DNA of 61,093 nt, counting the filler, from Trichosphaerium sp. ATCC 40318 (lineage: Eukaryota; Protista; Tubulinea), in assembly GCA_038496445.1 (NCBI GenBank). It is 3 parts of 3 records of this genome, joined end to end, with 100 filler letters (N's around TTAATTAATTAA, not from the genome) between each part and the next. Parts side by side here need not be neighbours in the genome. Positions count along the whole stretch, not along the records: positions 22,049 to 39,526 come from JALMLS010000628.1; 2 more parts are not named here. One strand, given 5' to 3'. The notes below the pieces were generated by a model. The model was not told the origin of the DNA. It was given only the letters and a program-made list of their open reading frames with translations, and made no database searches. Positions 24,741 through 37,440 of the stretch are shown here, in pieces. Numbering within the stretch: the first letter of the stretch is position 1; each line of letters starts with the position of its first letter. The position numbers and the translations under genes are program-made.

Positions 24741-26354
24741 TTAGTATTCTGGTACAATATTTCTACCAGGTGGATTAGCGCCACCTGTAGGAACACGTCT
24801 GAGATAGTTCTGAATGGCTGGAACTTCTGTTGACTGTTCTGGAGTCTTACCCTAAAGAAAAAAGTTCAGCTGGCACTGCTACCTTACCAACATCCTGAAA
24901 AACCCCACGCACGTTTTTATCACTGGCGTTGATATCTGCACCATTCTCTACAAGCATCTGAACAGTTTCAATATGCCTCCAGTGACAAGCATAATGCATT
25001 GGTGTCTAGACAACATAGAGTGAGAAAGGAGCTTACAATGTACACTAAAAAAGTACTATACTACGTACCCACTACAGAACGTTATTCAACAATATCGTTA
25101 CCAAGCGGTATATTTCAGTTAATAGTATAATACTAGTATTATAAAATGTATAGTTCGTACCCCTTTGTCCTAACACAAAATGAGTCAAAAACCGAACAAA
25201 AAAAAAAAAAGAGTAACGTACGTCCTTGTCGTTAAGATCAGGATTCTTTGCAAGTATTGCTCGTACAATACTTGGATGGCGCTTGGCAGCGAGATGAAGA
25301 GGAGATAGACCCTATATAAAGTTAGGCTGACAAGGATAGAAAAATAAAACATTTCTGAAATAAAGTTGTCTTTGGAATCTCAATGACGTACTTCCTATAG
25401 CGCGGATAAACAAAAGAGAACAACGCAACAAAGTTTCATGAGTAGTAATACATGCCATATTAAACAATAATTAAAAAATAGAAGGGTACCTTCTAGAGAG
25501 AGAGAGAGAGAAAGTAAGCAAAGACGAAACAATTGAGATGTACAAATTTTTTTTTTTCCGAATTTGGACGCTTGTATCAAAAATCCATTGAGCGCAAATG
25601 ACGTTATTGATTTCATTGGTAAAGTTTGTACGCTCAAAGAAGGGAACTAATAAAGAAAAAACAAAGGCAAAAATTAAACTCTTTAAACGTACATTTTTGA
25701 TGTTTAGGTCAGCGTTGCTTGCAAGTAACGCCTTGCAAATACCACTATGACCATACTCAGCACTGTAGTGTAGAGCAGTCTAAAATACAAATTATTAGCT
25801 CCAATCAGTACTGTTGTGCTTTATAGGTACCATGCCCTACTGATGTATTAGCGAAGGAATTGATTAGTAGCACTAGCGCACCTTGTCATCTTGCATGTTA
25901 ACACGACTACCGTATTTAATCAGAATGTTAACGCAAGGAAGATAGCCTCTTTGGCCTGCAGTACAGTCCATTAATGGTGTCTAATTTAATTTAGTTCATA
26001 AAGTCATAAAACGTTGTATTTAGGTATTTCGGTGCGCTTGGTGCATATTTTAGCGTTTACCTTTTTGTTATTGTCGGTTATATCAATATTAATTCCTTCA
26101 GTTAAGAGCCAGAACAGTACTTGATCATGTCCAAACCCTGCAGCCATATGTAAAGGCGATCTACCGACTGCATCCCTAATAAAGAGCTAAGATACCACGA
26201 ATAGCTGTTACAAGCGCATGGCCTACTTGACTAGGTTTAAATTGAGCTTTTTCTTGTGCTTTTTGTAGAGCTTCTTGCACTCCTTTAAATCTCCACCCCG
26301 TGTGGCGTTCAAGAATTTATTAGGTGGGCGCGTATAGTCTGACTTCTTAGACAT
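24741..26354 (-). CDS. Ankyrin-repeat protein (about 6 repeats) with multiple microexons
   Basis: GRSPLHMAA, TPLMDC, TALHYSA, GLSPLHLAA, TPMHYAC, GKTP. ATG at 26354, TAA at 24741-24743. Confidence 0.88.
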
Positions 26355-26607
26355 TGCGCAAGGCTTTTAACAATATTTTCAAACTCATTTAAGCTAGTCA
26401 AAATTTCAATGAACTGTCGGCTTTGCTAACTTCTGTTTACTCGTTTTATTAAGCGTATGCATGCACGTTTATTGCTCCGAAACCTTGAGGCTATGTAGGG
26501 CAATAAGGCGTATAGTGTAAGCGAGTTTTAGCGAGTTATTTATCCGACGAAATTTTGTTTGACTCTTAGTGAGGAATTCTTCCTCTGTACAGTTAGAAAC
26601 ACCACAA

Positions 26608-27054
26608 ATGGCAGAGAAAGAAGTAACGGCCTTTGACAAAGACTTTAATGAGGCAGTATTGGAGGTGTACGAAGTTGTAGCTTAAAAATTGCTATGAGTG
26701 ACGCGTTTATTAGAATGAACCGCCCTGGAACTACTGGTTGCTTGTTAATAGATTCCCATGGTTTGTGTATAGTAGGTACGTAAAATGACTGTTAACCGTG
26801 TTCTAATATATCACCCATCAGCAAAGGGAGATGCAGACGCTAATTCTTCGGGCTACATGCTATCTCTGATTAACGCAGAAAAATCCAACCAAGTCTGCAT
26901 TGAAACGCAAAGCCAGTATGTCCCTTGCTCATTTAAACCTAAATCACCGTTCAAGAAAATATTTAGCTTCTAACAAATTTATAATAGACGTATCCTACTC
27001 ACACGCGAAGGCAATGTCACTTTGGCTGTTTATAAAAAGCAAGAAGCAGCATAA
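26608..27054 (+). CDS. LAMTOR5: Ragulator complex subunit LAMTOR5 (HBXIP) homolog
   Basis: Four exons splice to ...PGTTGCLLIDSHGLCIVAKG...SGYMLSL...VCIETQSQRILLTREGNVTLAVYK, about 95 aa, matching the LAMTOR5 roadblock pattern. Confidence 0.8.
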
Positions 27055-27388
27055 CGCCGAAAGCTCGGTTTACAATCCGATTCCCTTTTTGACGGTATAT
27101 CTTTAAGCTGTTCTTACACCTAAAGCGTCAAACAAGCTCAATTTTTTTCAAACACGCCACAACACGCAAAGGTTTTTTCTCCCTGTACATAAACCATTAA
27201 AAAACTACTCAACATTGCGTTGCAAGTCACATCACATTGTGATTTTTTTGATTCTAACAGTCTATTTTGGTGGTTTTATTGGACGGCTGAGCAGTCCTTA
27301 AATTCCGTGTTTCTTTTCAGATTTCTCTTTTATCAGTTTGAGTGTTTTTTGATTTTATTTTACAATCTTGCACATTGTGTCAATCGTG

Positions 27389-29590
27389 TCATGTGACACT
27401 TACAAGGTTTTGATAAGGAGAAGATGCTATTTCATTTCTAGATAGCTTACTAGAGTCAATGCTCTTTGAGGAATCATTCAAACAGTCAGCAAATGACATG
27501 CGCAAATCTGGTCTAGTTTCTTTTGTTCAGTTTTTAAGTCTGTGTGAGCGACTTACCTTTGTGCTGATATGAGCTTTATAGTATCATGATCAGTATTCCA
27601 ATATGGTATACATATGAGAGTAATGCCTTTGAGAGGTAAAATGAGTGGAGGCTGGGATGATAAACCAAGCCAATAAGGCGAAGTAAAAGAAAGAAAATAA
27701 GAAACAAAAGAAATAACTTACCCATCGATTGACATCTTTTTACTTTTTGAAAATCCTTCTTCTTTTGCATTGATGCCAATCCATAAAAATTAGTATCATG
27801 ATAATGATATTCACCTTGTGACACGTTAAAAATTTGTTTTACAGCGTAATGTAATCAACAAACAGAACACGTGTGAAGTTCCAAAAAAAGAAAACTACCT
27901 TGATATTCGAAAGCCAAGTTTAGACGTGGAAGGTAAATATCAAGCGATAAATTACCCAACAGATTATATTCCTCATAAATAAGGTGTCCAGGGAATATAC
28001 TTTGTATTCTTACAAATAAATCTCTATGGTCAAGGTTAGAGCTCAGAAAATGTTAATGGTTGTAACAATTTTACCTTTGTTTCGTCTTCTTCTCCCTTAA
28101 AGAGAATCTCTTAGTATCCCAGTTATAGTTCGGATAGAGTAGCCTTAGGTTAGGTAAATATCTATTACCCATCCCACCAGCATTTGCGGAAATAAGTTGA
28201 TCAGCAGAAACGCGATACCAAGCCTTAGGAGTATCCAAACTGAGTTGGTTCTCAACACCTTGTAGCAGATCAATCAGCATCCAAAGAGGTTTTTCAAAGT
28301 GTTAGAAATAGCTTGGTACTTACCTCTCAGAAATCCAAGAGTAGAACTAGAGTCCCTCCAAAAGCCATACTTATGCCTGAAAACAATACATTAGTTTTTC
28401 TAGCTCATGAAACTATTGATATTTTTGCACCTTTCTGTCGTCTGTTGGCGACTTGGAAAAACGCTCCAGTCCCACTTGAAAGTCGGGTATAGTTTTTTAA
28501 GACACTTTGGATATGATCTCTTCAATGGATATGACACTAGTTTTCCAACTTGCGATTGGGTAATTTTATACCAATCTTCTGCTTTTGAAATACCTAGTTT
28601 TCCCTCCAGTGCTACCTGGTGTAAGCGTTGCATTCTTTTCAAACGTATATTGATATTATACCTTTTAGTGCTTCTACTACATTCTCGTTTTTCTTCCAAA
28701 AGAAGTGCGGAGTCTTCCTTTGTAAGAAAGTGAGAAAAGTGCTACTTTAAATTTGTGGGCAATCCAAACCTGAAGTTATTCGGATTCCATTTGAAGTACG
28801 GATACACGGCTTGAAGAGTTCGTAATGTAGAACCGCCATATCTAGTAGAAATGTAAGAATTGTGGTTGAGTGAGCTGGTATTGAGTCGCTTTACGTACGT
28901 GTTTTGAATTGCTTTTCCACCAGGGAATGCATCGAGTTGAAACAATGTTATATTGTACCAATCATCCATACTCTTGATATTCTCTGCAATGCCTATATGC
29001 TCAAACATGTCTCGCACATTATCAATATTCTCCCAATAGCTTACTGGAGCCATTCTTACAATAGATAAGTCAAACGAAAGGAAAGAAATGTAAACTATAT
29101 CTATCACATTGGTTTTTTTTTAAAAACTCACCTGAAACGCCATACTTGCCATTCAAAATTTGGATATATAGCCTTAAGACTTTGAGATAATGAGTCGCTA
29201 TGCCTATTCCATATTTAGGAAATTACAAACACCTTGAAGCGAAGAAAACAAAAATCAAAAAAAAGTCGAAAAAATCAGTTTAGATCAATTGTATCACGTG
29301 CTTCATGAGTATTGTTGCTGCACCTAATGTAACAATATCCCTAGTGGTAACATTGTACCAATTCTCCATAATTTTAATCCCAAGAGCCTTAGCTATGCTA
29401 TTAAACGTGATTCGTTGATGTTTTGAGTCGTTCCAATAACATGGCGGACGACGTGTTCTAAGCGCTTCAAGTCGCGATGGTCTTGATGCTACGGACGGAT
29501 AATGACGTGTTCCACGTATTGGAGCAATCACTAGTACATTTTTGGTTAAAAAAGTAAACAAAGCGGCTCAGACGCATTTATACGGTTCAT
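27389..29590 (-). CDS. Protein with four ~65-70 aa Trp-rich repeats and a C-terminal RAP/DUF559-like PD-(D/E)xK domain
   Basis: Repeats YW....(L/I)GI...(D/N)WY.(V/I)T...YP.F.W. C-terminus LDIYLPRLNLAFEYQGEYHY...GITL..IPYW (1-nt indel before IPYW). Arg/Ser-rich N-terminus. Confidence 0.7.
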
Positions 29591-29847
29591 GATGGCGTTC
29601 GCAAGCAATACAACGTACATGTATGTTGTCGACGCCAATAACAACAACGAAAAGGCGTAAGCATTCACATTAATCATTAAACTGCTGTTGCGCTTGATAT
29701 TACGAATGTTGACATGGCTTATGGCGTTTTAGACTTAAATGCCGCCAAACGGTGCTAACCACCAAAATGGAATGAAAACTACAACAAAACTCAAATAGAG
29801 ACGAATTGTGGTTTCTTTTCTCGTTAGATTTTAGTGTTTGACAAGAC

Positions 29848-29995
29848 TGTCAGACACATAGATATAATCGCATCTGTCAGATGACGTGATACTTTCTTCC
29901 AAGATTAATGACATGTAGAACGCAACATTGTAATCATTGAAACCTAAATAAAGCAGAATCACTTAACTTTCAACTCAGTCGCAACAGCTCTTACA
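29848..29995 (+). repeat. 5' LTR of Gypsy element 2
   Basis: Identical by eye to 35928-36075. Confidence 0.97.
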
Positions 29996-30192
29996 TTGGC
30001 GACACGATCATTATTTTGAAACTGCTGTACCTTACAGCGAAAACCTGAACGTTTGCCGGCAAACGTGTCATCACTTCCTTTCATACGTAGTTATCGTTTA
30101 AAGACTTGTGGGCTGGCATTTAACGCCCACCGAACCAGCTACGTCGTTTCTCTCTTCTTTCCTTTTTGGGCTCCTTGCGCTAGTTCTCATCC

Positions 30193-33100
30193 ATGTCAGG
30201 AAACCTCTCAGTAGACGAGCTAAAGCAGCAAATCATGGTCTATCAACAACAGATCGCGGCTACGGAGCTGCGCCAACGACGAGTCTACTCACCTGGCGTT
30301 CACGTCACTGGTCGTTCCGCTGCTAGGCAGGCCAGTTTGCAGGCACGTACCTCTGCTGCGGCTGCTGCTGTTCCTCCGCCTAAACCTGTCTCGGTATCTC
30401 TCACGGCTGAAGATATACTTGCCATTTCAAAGGAATCGACTATAGTTGCTATGTCTACGGTGGGAGAGCTCAAGGCTGATGCTACACACGATGAAGCTAT
30501 GCTCCATGCACAAAAAGTTTCACAAGCTACAGTCACAGCTTTTTCTGATTTACAAGCTATAGCCCTTGCTAAACTCTCTGTACAGACTGCAGAACAACAA
30601 AACACCGATGTTCAGGGTGATGCCGACAACACCGACAATGCCGATACTTCGGTCGAAAATTCCAACGACAATCCTGATGGTTCTTCTGGTTTCCCTTCGA
30701 GCACTCAGATGTACCCTTTCATTCAAACAGTCCCTCAAGACTTTCGTCTTTTTCATGGCAAACCTCAAGAAAATATCAACGCTTGGGCTACCGATTTACA
30801 AATTCGGTGTTCTCGCATGCCTATGTCCGATGCCATGTATCTATGCTTCGTTGAAGATCACCTTGGTGCTGCAGCTAAACAGTGGTATAGAGGACGCTTT
30901 CCTAACGGCGCTGCTTCTGGTGATGAATTGATGCAAGCTATGCTTAGCTTTTATGGCAGTGCGACCGACCGACGCACACGTACACGCGAGTTCAAACGTT
31001 GTACTCAAAACAACCTTTCTGTCCGTTCCTACTGCGCTGCCAAGATGGAGTTAGCTGCGTTCGCCGACCTCCCGTTGGATGGCATATACCAGATCGATTC
31101 GTTCATTGATAATCTCAACATTGATATACAACGGATGATCTTTGCGAACCCCAACACACGACAATTCACTTCTTGGGATGATGCTGTACATGCTGCTATT
31201 GCTGTCGAAGATGTTATACAACGGTGTGCTATGAACAGTAAGCATATGAAGCGTGACAGTCCTCGTACTACTACTCCCAAAGAACGTACCTCTCGTACTC
31301 CTTCCCGCCTGGCTCAGATTGATAAATCTCTTCAAAGGGATAAGAACAAGTGCCCTGATACAAAAAACAGAGCGGTAAACAAGTGGTGTGATCACCACCA
31401 ACTTTGGTGCGCACATGAAACGTCTGAATGTCGTAACAAACCTAACGTTTCTGTTACATCTATCTCTTCTGGTGATACACCTGTGGATCAAGTTCTATCT
31501 CCCATGTCTTTCGATATTAAGGCTGGACAATCTCGTTTTGACACTCCACCGTCACCTACAAACCCTTATACTTATGACATTCGCTCTGACATTCCTGATG
31601 TTGATGTACCTCCACATAACCCTTCTCGTACTCAAGTCTATGCTGAAGTACGACTCAACAACAAGCCTATCATTGCTCTCATCGACACGGAAGCTGATGT
31701 CTCGATTATCCGACAATGTGCCCTTAACGAAGTTTGCCCTTCTTTTGACATTAATTCGGTTCACATTAATGGAACCGTTGCGAATGGCGAACAAGTGACC
31801 TTTACTAAAGAAGTGTCTAATCTATCTCTATCCTTGGCCCCTAACTTCTCAGTGAAGTCTACTCTTTTGGTTGCAGACGAACTCAGTGATCCTCTCATCA
31901 TTGGTAACGACATCTTGGGTGCTCACGACATTGGCATATTTCCTCAGAGAAGACATCTATTGGTAGATGGTCATCACCACGTACCACTTATTCCTAAACC
32001 TCTGGTTGAAGACCCTTCACCTACGCTTCGTTCTTCGGTATTACATTGTCAAGAAGACATAGTCATCTATCCTATGGAGACTTGTGTCTTGGCCGTTCAC
32101 CCTTCTGCTACGATTAAAAATGGATGTACTGGCATTGCCTCCCTTTCGGTCAAGTTACAAAGACAAGGATTGGCTGGAGCTAAAGTGCTTAGCACTATAA
32201 ACAAAAGGTGCGCTCATCTCCAAGCCACCAACCTCTCTAACACTTGTATACATCTACATTCTGGACAAAGGATTGGTATATTCGAACCGCTTTGTGCGAC
32301 AGTTCAAATCCGCAGTCTGTCCACTCCATCTATGCCTGATCTCGAAAATTGGTCTGACTCAGACAGTGTTGATCTGGATGAAGCATCTACCGACTCACCG
32401 CCCGACCTGGAAGAACTAAATGAAGATGTAACATTCAACAAAGAAGATATTGTGGTCACTCAAGAACAGATTGACTTCGTTAATCAACATTTTGATTTAT
32501 CAAACTCTTCTCTTTCTCAAGATCAGTTTACTCGCGCTGTTCATTTATTGGCCTCTTTTTCAGATTGCTTCGAAGAAGATATATTGGCACCTCGAGATAC
32601 CGCTATACAAATGAACATTGATACTGGTGACTCTTCTCCGATTGGTCAACCTCCTCGTCAATTTCCACCTAAATATCGAGAATTTATAAAAGAATTCATC
32701 GATACCTACAAGGCTAGAGGACTCATACGCCCTTCTACATCCCCTTGGGCTTCTCCTATTGTGGTTGTGCCTAAGTCCAACGGCAAACTACGATTTTGCA
32801 TTGATTATCGATTGCTAAACGGAGTCACGAAGAGAGATGTGTATCCATTACCGCGTATTGACGATGCTTTGGATGCGTTATCGGGTTCTACGCTATTTTC
32901 AACTATGGACGCGACGTCCGGATTTCACCAGCTTCAGATGAATCCCAAATCTATTGAAAAAACCGCATTTATTGATCAAAGCGGTCTTTATGAGTGGACA
33001 GTTATGCCTTTGGGCTAACCAACGCTCCTCCCACGTGGCAAAGATACATGAACCTTGTATTGGCTGGTCTCACGTGGAAAATCTGTTTAGTTTACATGGA

Positions 33101-35906
33101 TGACGTCATTGTGCCTTCTGTAACCTTTGATGATCACCTTGTTCGCCTTAAAGAGGTATTAAATCGCTTTAGAAATTATAACGTATCACTTAAACCTTCT
33201 AAATGCCATTTTTTTAAATCTTCTGTCAATTACCTTGGGTATGTCGTCTCTAAAGATGGTATTGCACCCAATCCAGACAAGATTGAAGCCGTCTCCGCGA
33301 TGGATACTCCAAAAGATCCTAAAGAAATCCAGCAATTTCTTGGACTTGTCAATTATTATTCTCAATTCGTTCCAAACCTTTCTACCTTGGCTGCACCCCT
33401 TCGTGCTTTATTAAAGAAAGACGCTGTCTGGGATTGGAGTGATTCTACAAACAACGCTTTCCTTCAAATCAAAGTAAAGCTTACAACTGCACCATGTCTG
33501 GCTTTCCCAGACTTCAACAAACCTTTCGAGCTTCACACAGACGCTTCCGATTATGGTATTGGCGCTGCGCTAGTACAGCATGACGACAATGGTAAGGAGC
33601 GTGTTGTGTCTTATTACAGCCGTTCGCTGACTTCTGCCGAGCAACGCTATTGCACCACAACTAAAGAAGTTCTTGCTGTCATCGCAGCAGTCAAGAAGTT
33701 TCGTGTTTATCTTCTATCACAACATTTCATCGTTTATTCTGACCATTCCGCTCTACAGTGGTTTTACCGACATAAGAATCCTGATTCTAAAATGATACGG
33801 TGGTCTATCTTCCTCTCTCAGTATTCTTATACTATTCATCATCGCTCTGGCGTTAAAAACAGTGACGCTGATGCTCTTTCACGATCTCCTATCGTACAAA
33901 TGCCAGGCAAAGCTGTTTATACACCCCTCATTCGCTCATTCAAAGCGCCTACCTCTCCACAACTCAAGGTGTTTTACGCACAACGCACCGACAATACCAT
34001 CCGACGCTGGATCGAGTTTTTACACGCACCTGATGCTTTCAAAAACTATACGAAGTATAAAACTTTGGTCAAGAACACTTCTCGCTTATTCTTAGATGCT
34101 CATGGTATTCTTCGACGCAAATGGACGCCTACAGATGCGCAGTTAGCTGACACTGGAGAACGGATCCAATTAGTAGTACCTACTACGCTAAGGCACGATG
34201 TACTCGTCAATAATCATGATGACGAGCTTTCAGGACACCTTGGCATTGACAAGACGTATATGCGACTTATTCAGCGATATTGGTGGCCTGGCATTAAACG
34301 AGATGTCATACAATGGATTGGATCGTGTGATCTTTGTCAAACTGGCAAGGTAAAACGACAAAAATTATCTGGTGCTCCCATGGGTACCGTACGTGGCGTA
34401 TACCCCTTTCACGTCATTGCTGCCGACCTTATCACTGTGTTACCTGAAACCAAAAATGGTAACAAAAACATTTTGTGTGTTGTGGATTATTGCACGCGTT
34501 ATGCCATTGTGGTCCCTTTGCCAGATAAAAAATCTGAAACAGTTGCTCGCGCATTATACGAATCCGTTATAACCAAATTTGGCGCACCTGAAGTATTTTT
34601 ATCAGACCAAGGCGGCGAATTTATGAAAGCAGTACAACAACTCTTGGCTCTAATCAACACCGACAAGCGACGAACATCGGCGTATCACCCACAATGCGAC
34701 GGATTGGTTGAACGATTCAATTCAACTATTATACAGAGTGTAAAGATGTATTGCAACGACCAACAGGACGATTGGGATAATTACCTACCGACGGCTACCT
34801 TTGCTTATAATACCTCAGTTCATAAAGAGGTTAAAGAAACTCCTTTCTTCTTATTGCATGGATATCGAGCCATTCAACCGATGGATCAGGCGTTAGGAGT
34901 ACTTCCTACTTCTAAATTACAAAATCGATATTTACGAGATGTCGCTCGTTCGCTAAAAACCGCTCGGAAAAAGGCAGTTTTGGCTAGAAATACCGCTCAT
35001 GACAGACAAGCGGCGAGATACAATCACAGTCACAAAACGGTTACCTTCCAAGTCGGTGATAAAGTTCTCAAACTCCGCAACAAACCATTTGAATACAAAG
35101 CGCCTGAGAAATTGTCTTTTTCGTACGAAGGCCCGTGTACCGTTACCAAGGTGCTTAGCCCTTTGACGTATGAACTGGCTGATTGGAATGGCGATATTTT
35201 ACCTTCTGCATACAATGTAGTGAAGCTCCTAGCTTACAAAGATCCCAAAACTCGACGATATCCTGACAACATTGACGTTTCTGATTTGGATGAAGTATTG
35301 GCAGATGATTTGGCTCCTCAAGATCTACAGTGTGTGTCACAAAAGCTTGTTCCTTCCCAAGTGGATGTCACACATGGAAATACCCTAGACAACATCACGA
35401 GTTCAATGAAAAAGAAGAAGGAGGTTTCGGACTTTAATTCAGTCGAGACGCCTTTAACCGTAGTAGTTGACCGTGAAGACATACAACCTCTTAGCACGCA
35501 AACTCTTGTGACGCAAGTTACAGATAAAGACGTAAGCTGTGGGGAGGACAACTCTGTGGTCTTGCCGTCGAATAGCTTCGTTGTTCAAAAACCTAAAAGA
35601 ACGAACACTAGAAGCTCGGGTTCTGGACATGCTCTTCGAGATGGATTGATTCAGATTTCTAAAGACATTGGTGGCCGGATAGATCGCGACAGTTACAACA
35701 AAGAGGTTTTTATACAATACCGTAAGGCACTCTTATCGCTACTTACTGCAGAGCATTCTCCTTTTGTCACTAGTTTCAAACGAAAAGAACATTTTCGATC
35801 TAAAATATTGGAGATTCAAGATAGGTCAAAATTTTTTTTATTTCTCAAAGGATTAATACGTAATTTTGATAAAGAATTCGACTATGAGCTCAACAAACAT
35901 GCATAG
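30193..35906 (+). CDS. Gag-Pol of element 2, split by a 1-nt deletion in RT (~33010)
   Basis: Protease LIDTEA; RT ...VMP / FGL..., YMDD; RNase H HTDAS; integrase HHCC, ADLI, SDQG, GLVER; GPC (GPY/F-like); long C-terminal extension. Confidence 0.92.
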
Positions 35907-35927
35907 TCTCGCTCTGGTAGGGGAGAA

Positions 35928-36075
35928 TGTCAGACACATAGATATAATCGCATCTGTCAGATGACGTGATACTTTCTTCCAAGATTAATGACATGTAGAA
36001 CGCAACATTGTAATCATTGAAACCTAAATAAAGCAGAATCACTTAACTTTCAACTCAGTCGCAACAGCTCTTACA
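35928..36075 (+). repeat. 3' LTR of Gypsy element 2
   Basis: Preceded by the PPT and followed by the TSD AAGAC. Confidence 0.97.
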
Positions 36076-36400
36076 AAGACAGATACGATGGCATTACTGG
36101 TAGTTTGTCTATCGCTATATGGCGCATACACATTTTGCCCCATTTTGGTCGGTCAACTTATTAAAATATGGCCGAAAAATTGCGAGTTTTCTAGAGGACA
36201 ATATATTTGCCCCTATTTACGGGTTGCGGGCTTCAATTCACCGCATTGTATTTTGCATATCCATAGGGTACGCAGCATATCCCGATCAAACATTTCGTAC
36301 GATACTAATTTAACAAACAAGAGTTTGAGCAACATAAGGATATAGAAAAAGTTTTTTGGGAGTATACGCTTTCAGTCTTATAGAATAGTGTATAAACTTT

Positions 36401-37015
36401 ATGAGCGAAAGAGAGAACAACAAACAACATTTGGAAGCGTTTTTAGCTGCAAGGAATGAATGCAGGGAGAGTTTGCTTAGGCTTAATGCGGTACACAATC
36501 AATTGTTAAATCAAGACGAAAATGAAGATATAGAAGAGAGCGATGAAACTAGAGCTATTCGTAATATTATGGCAGCACGTGCGATGGCTGATAAAAAAAA
36601 GATTGAACATAACTCCAATTATGATGGGACTAAAGCCAATGTAAACTTTTTTGTTTTTAATGCATATGCTAATGCTCAAGATCAAAGACTTACTGAACTT
36701 GATATGCATGGGTGCTTCGCTCTAAATGGTGCAAACGATTTTGATATAACAAACCCTGTAGATACATCATCTGATAGTGATGAAGAGTCATCAAGCGCTG
36801 AAGTAGAAAAAAAAGATGACAATGAACAATCTGAAGAAAACAGCGATTTAATAACTACAGTTCCTATTTCACTAACAGAGCCAGTGACAGAATTACCACT
36901 ATCTATACATAACGTGGCACCATATAACCTACATTGGGAAATGACTGATTCACTCGTGAATGAAGAAATAGATGAGCTCTCTGATGATATTGACATGTTT
37001 TTCCTTGATGGTTAA
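36401..37015 (+). CDS. Hypothetical acidic low-complexity protein (204 aa, single ORF)
   Basis: Uninterrupted ATG-TAA ORF in AT-rich DNA, D/E/S-rich; no recognisable domain. Confidence 0.5.
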   Translation: MSERENNKQHLEAFLAARNECRESLLRLNAVHNQLLNQDENEDIEESDETRAIRNIMAARAMADKKKIEHNSNYDGTKANVNFFVFNAYANAQDQRLTELDMHGCFALNGANDFDITNPVDTSSDSDEESSSAEVEKKDDNEQSEENSDLITTVPISLTEPVTELPLSIHNVAPYNLHWEMTDSLVNEEIDELSDDIDMFFLDG

Positions 37016-37440
37016 GATACGTTTTTAGTAACAAAACGCTGCTTTGTAAATATTTACATGTAAAGTAAATCACTTCGCAGGTCAGTAAACCATACTTAGG
37101 TAAATAGAAAATTAGTGCATTCTGACTTTTGGAATGATAATAAGAGTACCACGTGACGAGACATAGCATCAAATAAGAGTCGAAAGTATCCACTACGAGA
37201 GTACTTTATTGTTTCAAAAAACCGTGTTATAGACCTGTATTTTGATGTTGCTTTTGCAATTAGCAAGTTTTTGTTGGTATGCCATGAAGTCACAAGGTCC
37301 AATTTTCTGGAAATGTATCACGTGGGGACGTATTTTGCAATGCGAAAGTGTACTCAAATTAAAAGAATTTCTACGTCCGTAATTCAATGAAACTGCGTTC
37401 TTGAAGAGTTAACAAAGGAAAATAACAAGCCCTAAACAGC

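Larger units (their letters stand above)
29848..36075 (+). mobile_element. Full-length Ty3/Gypsy LTR retrotransposon 2
   Basis: Identical 148-bp LTRs (TG...CA), 5-bp TSD AAGAC at 29843-29847 and 36076-36080, PBS TGGCGACACG at 29997, PPT GGTAGGGGAGAA at 35916-35927. Confidence 0.97.

Noticed and set aside
32994-33018. Programmed ribosomal frameshift between the two Gypsy ORFs
   Set aside because: The break falls inside the conserved RT motif MPFGL at a T-run, not at the gag-pol boundary, so it is a 1-nt deletion or sequencing error.
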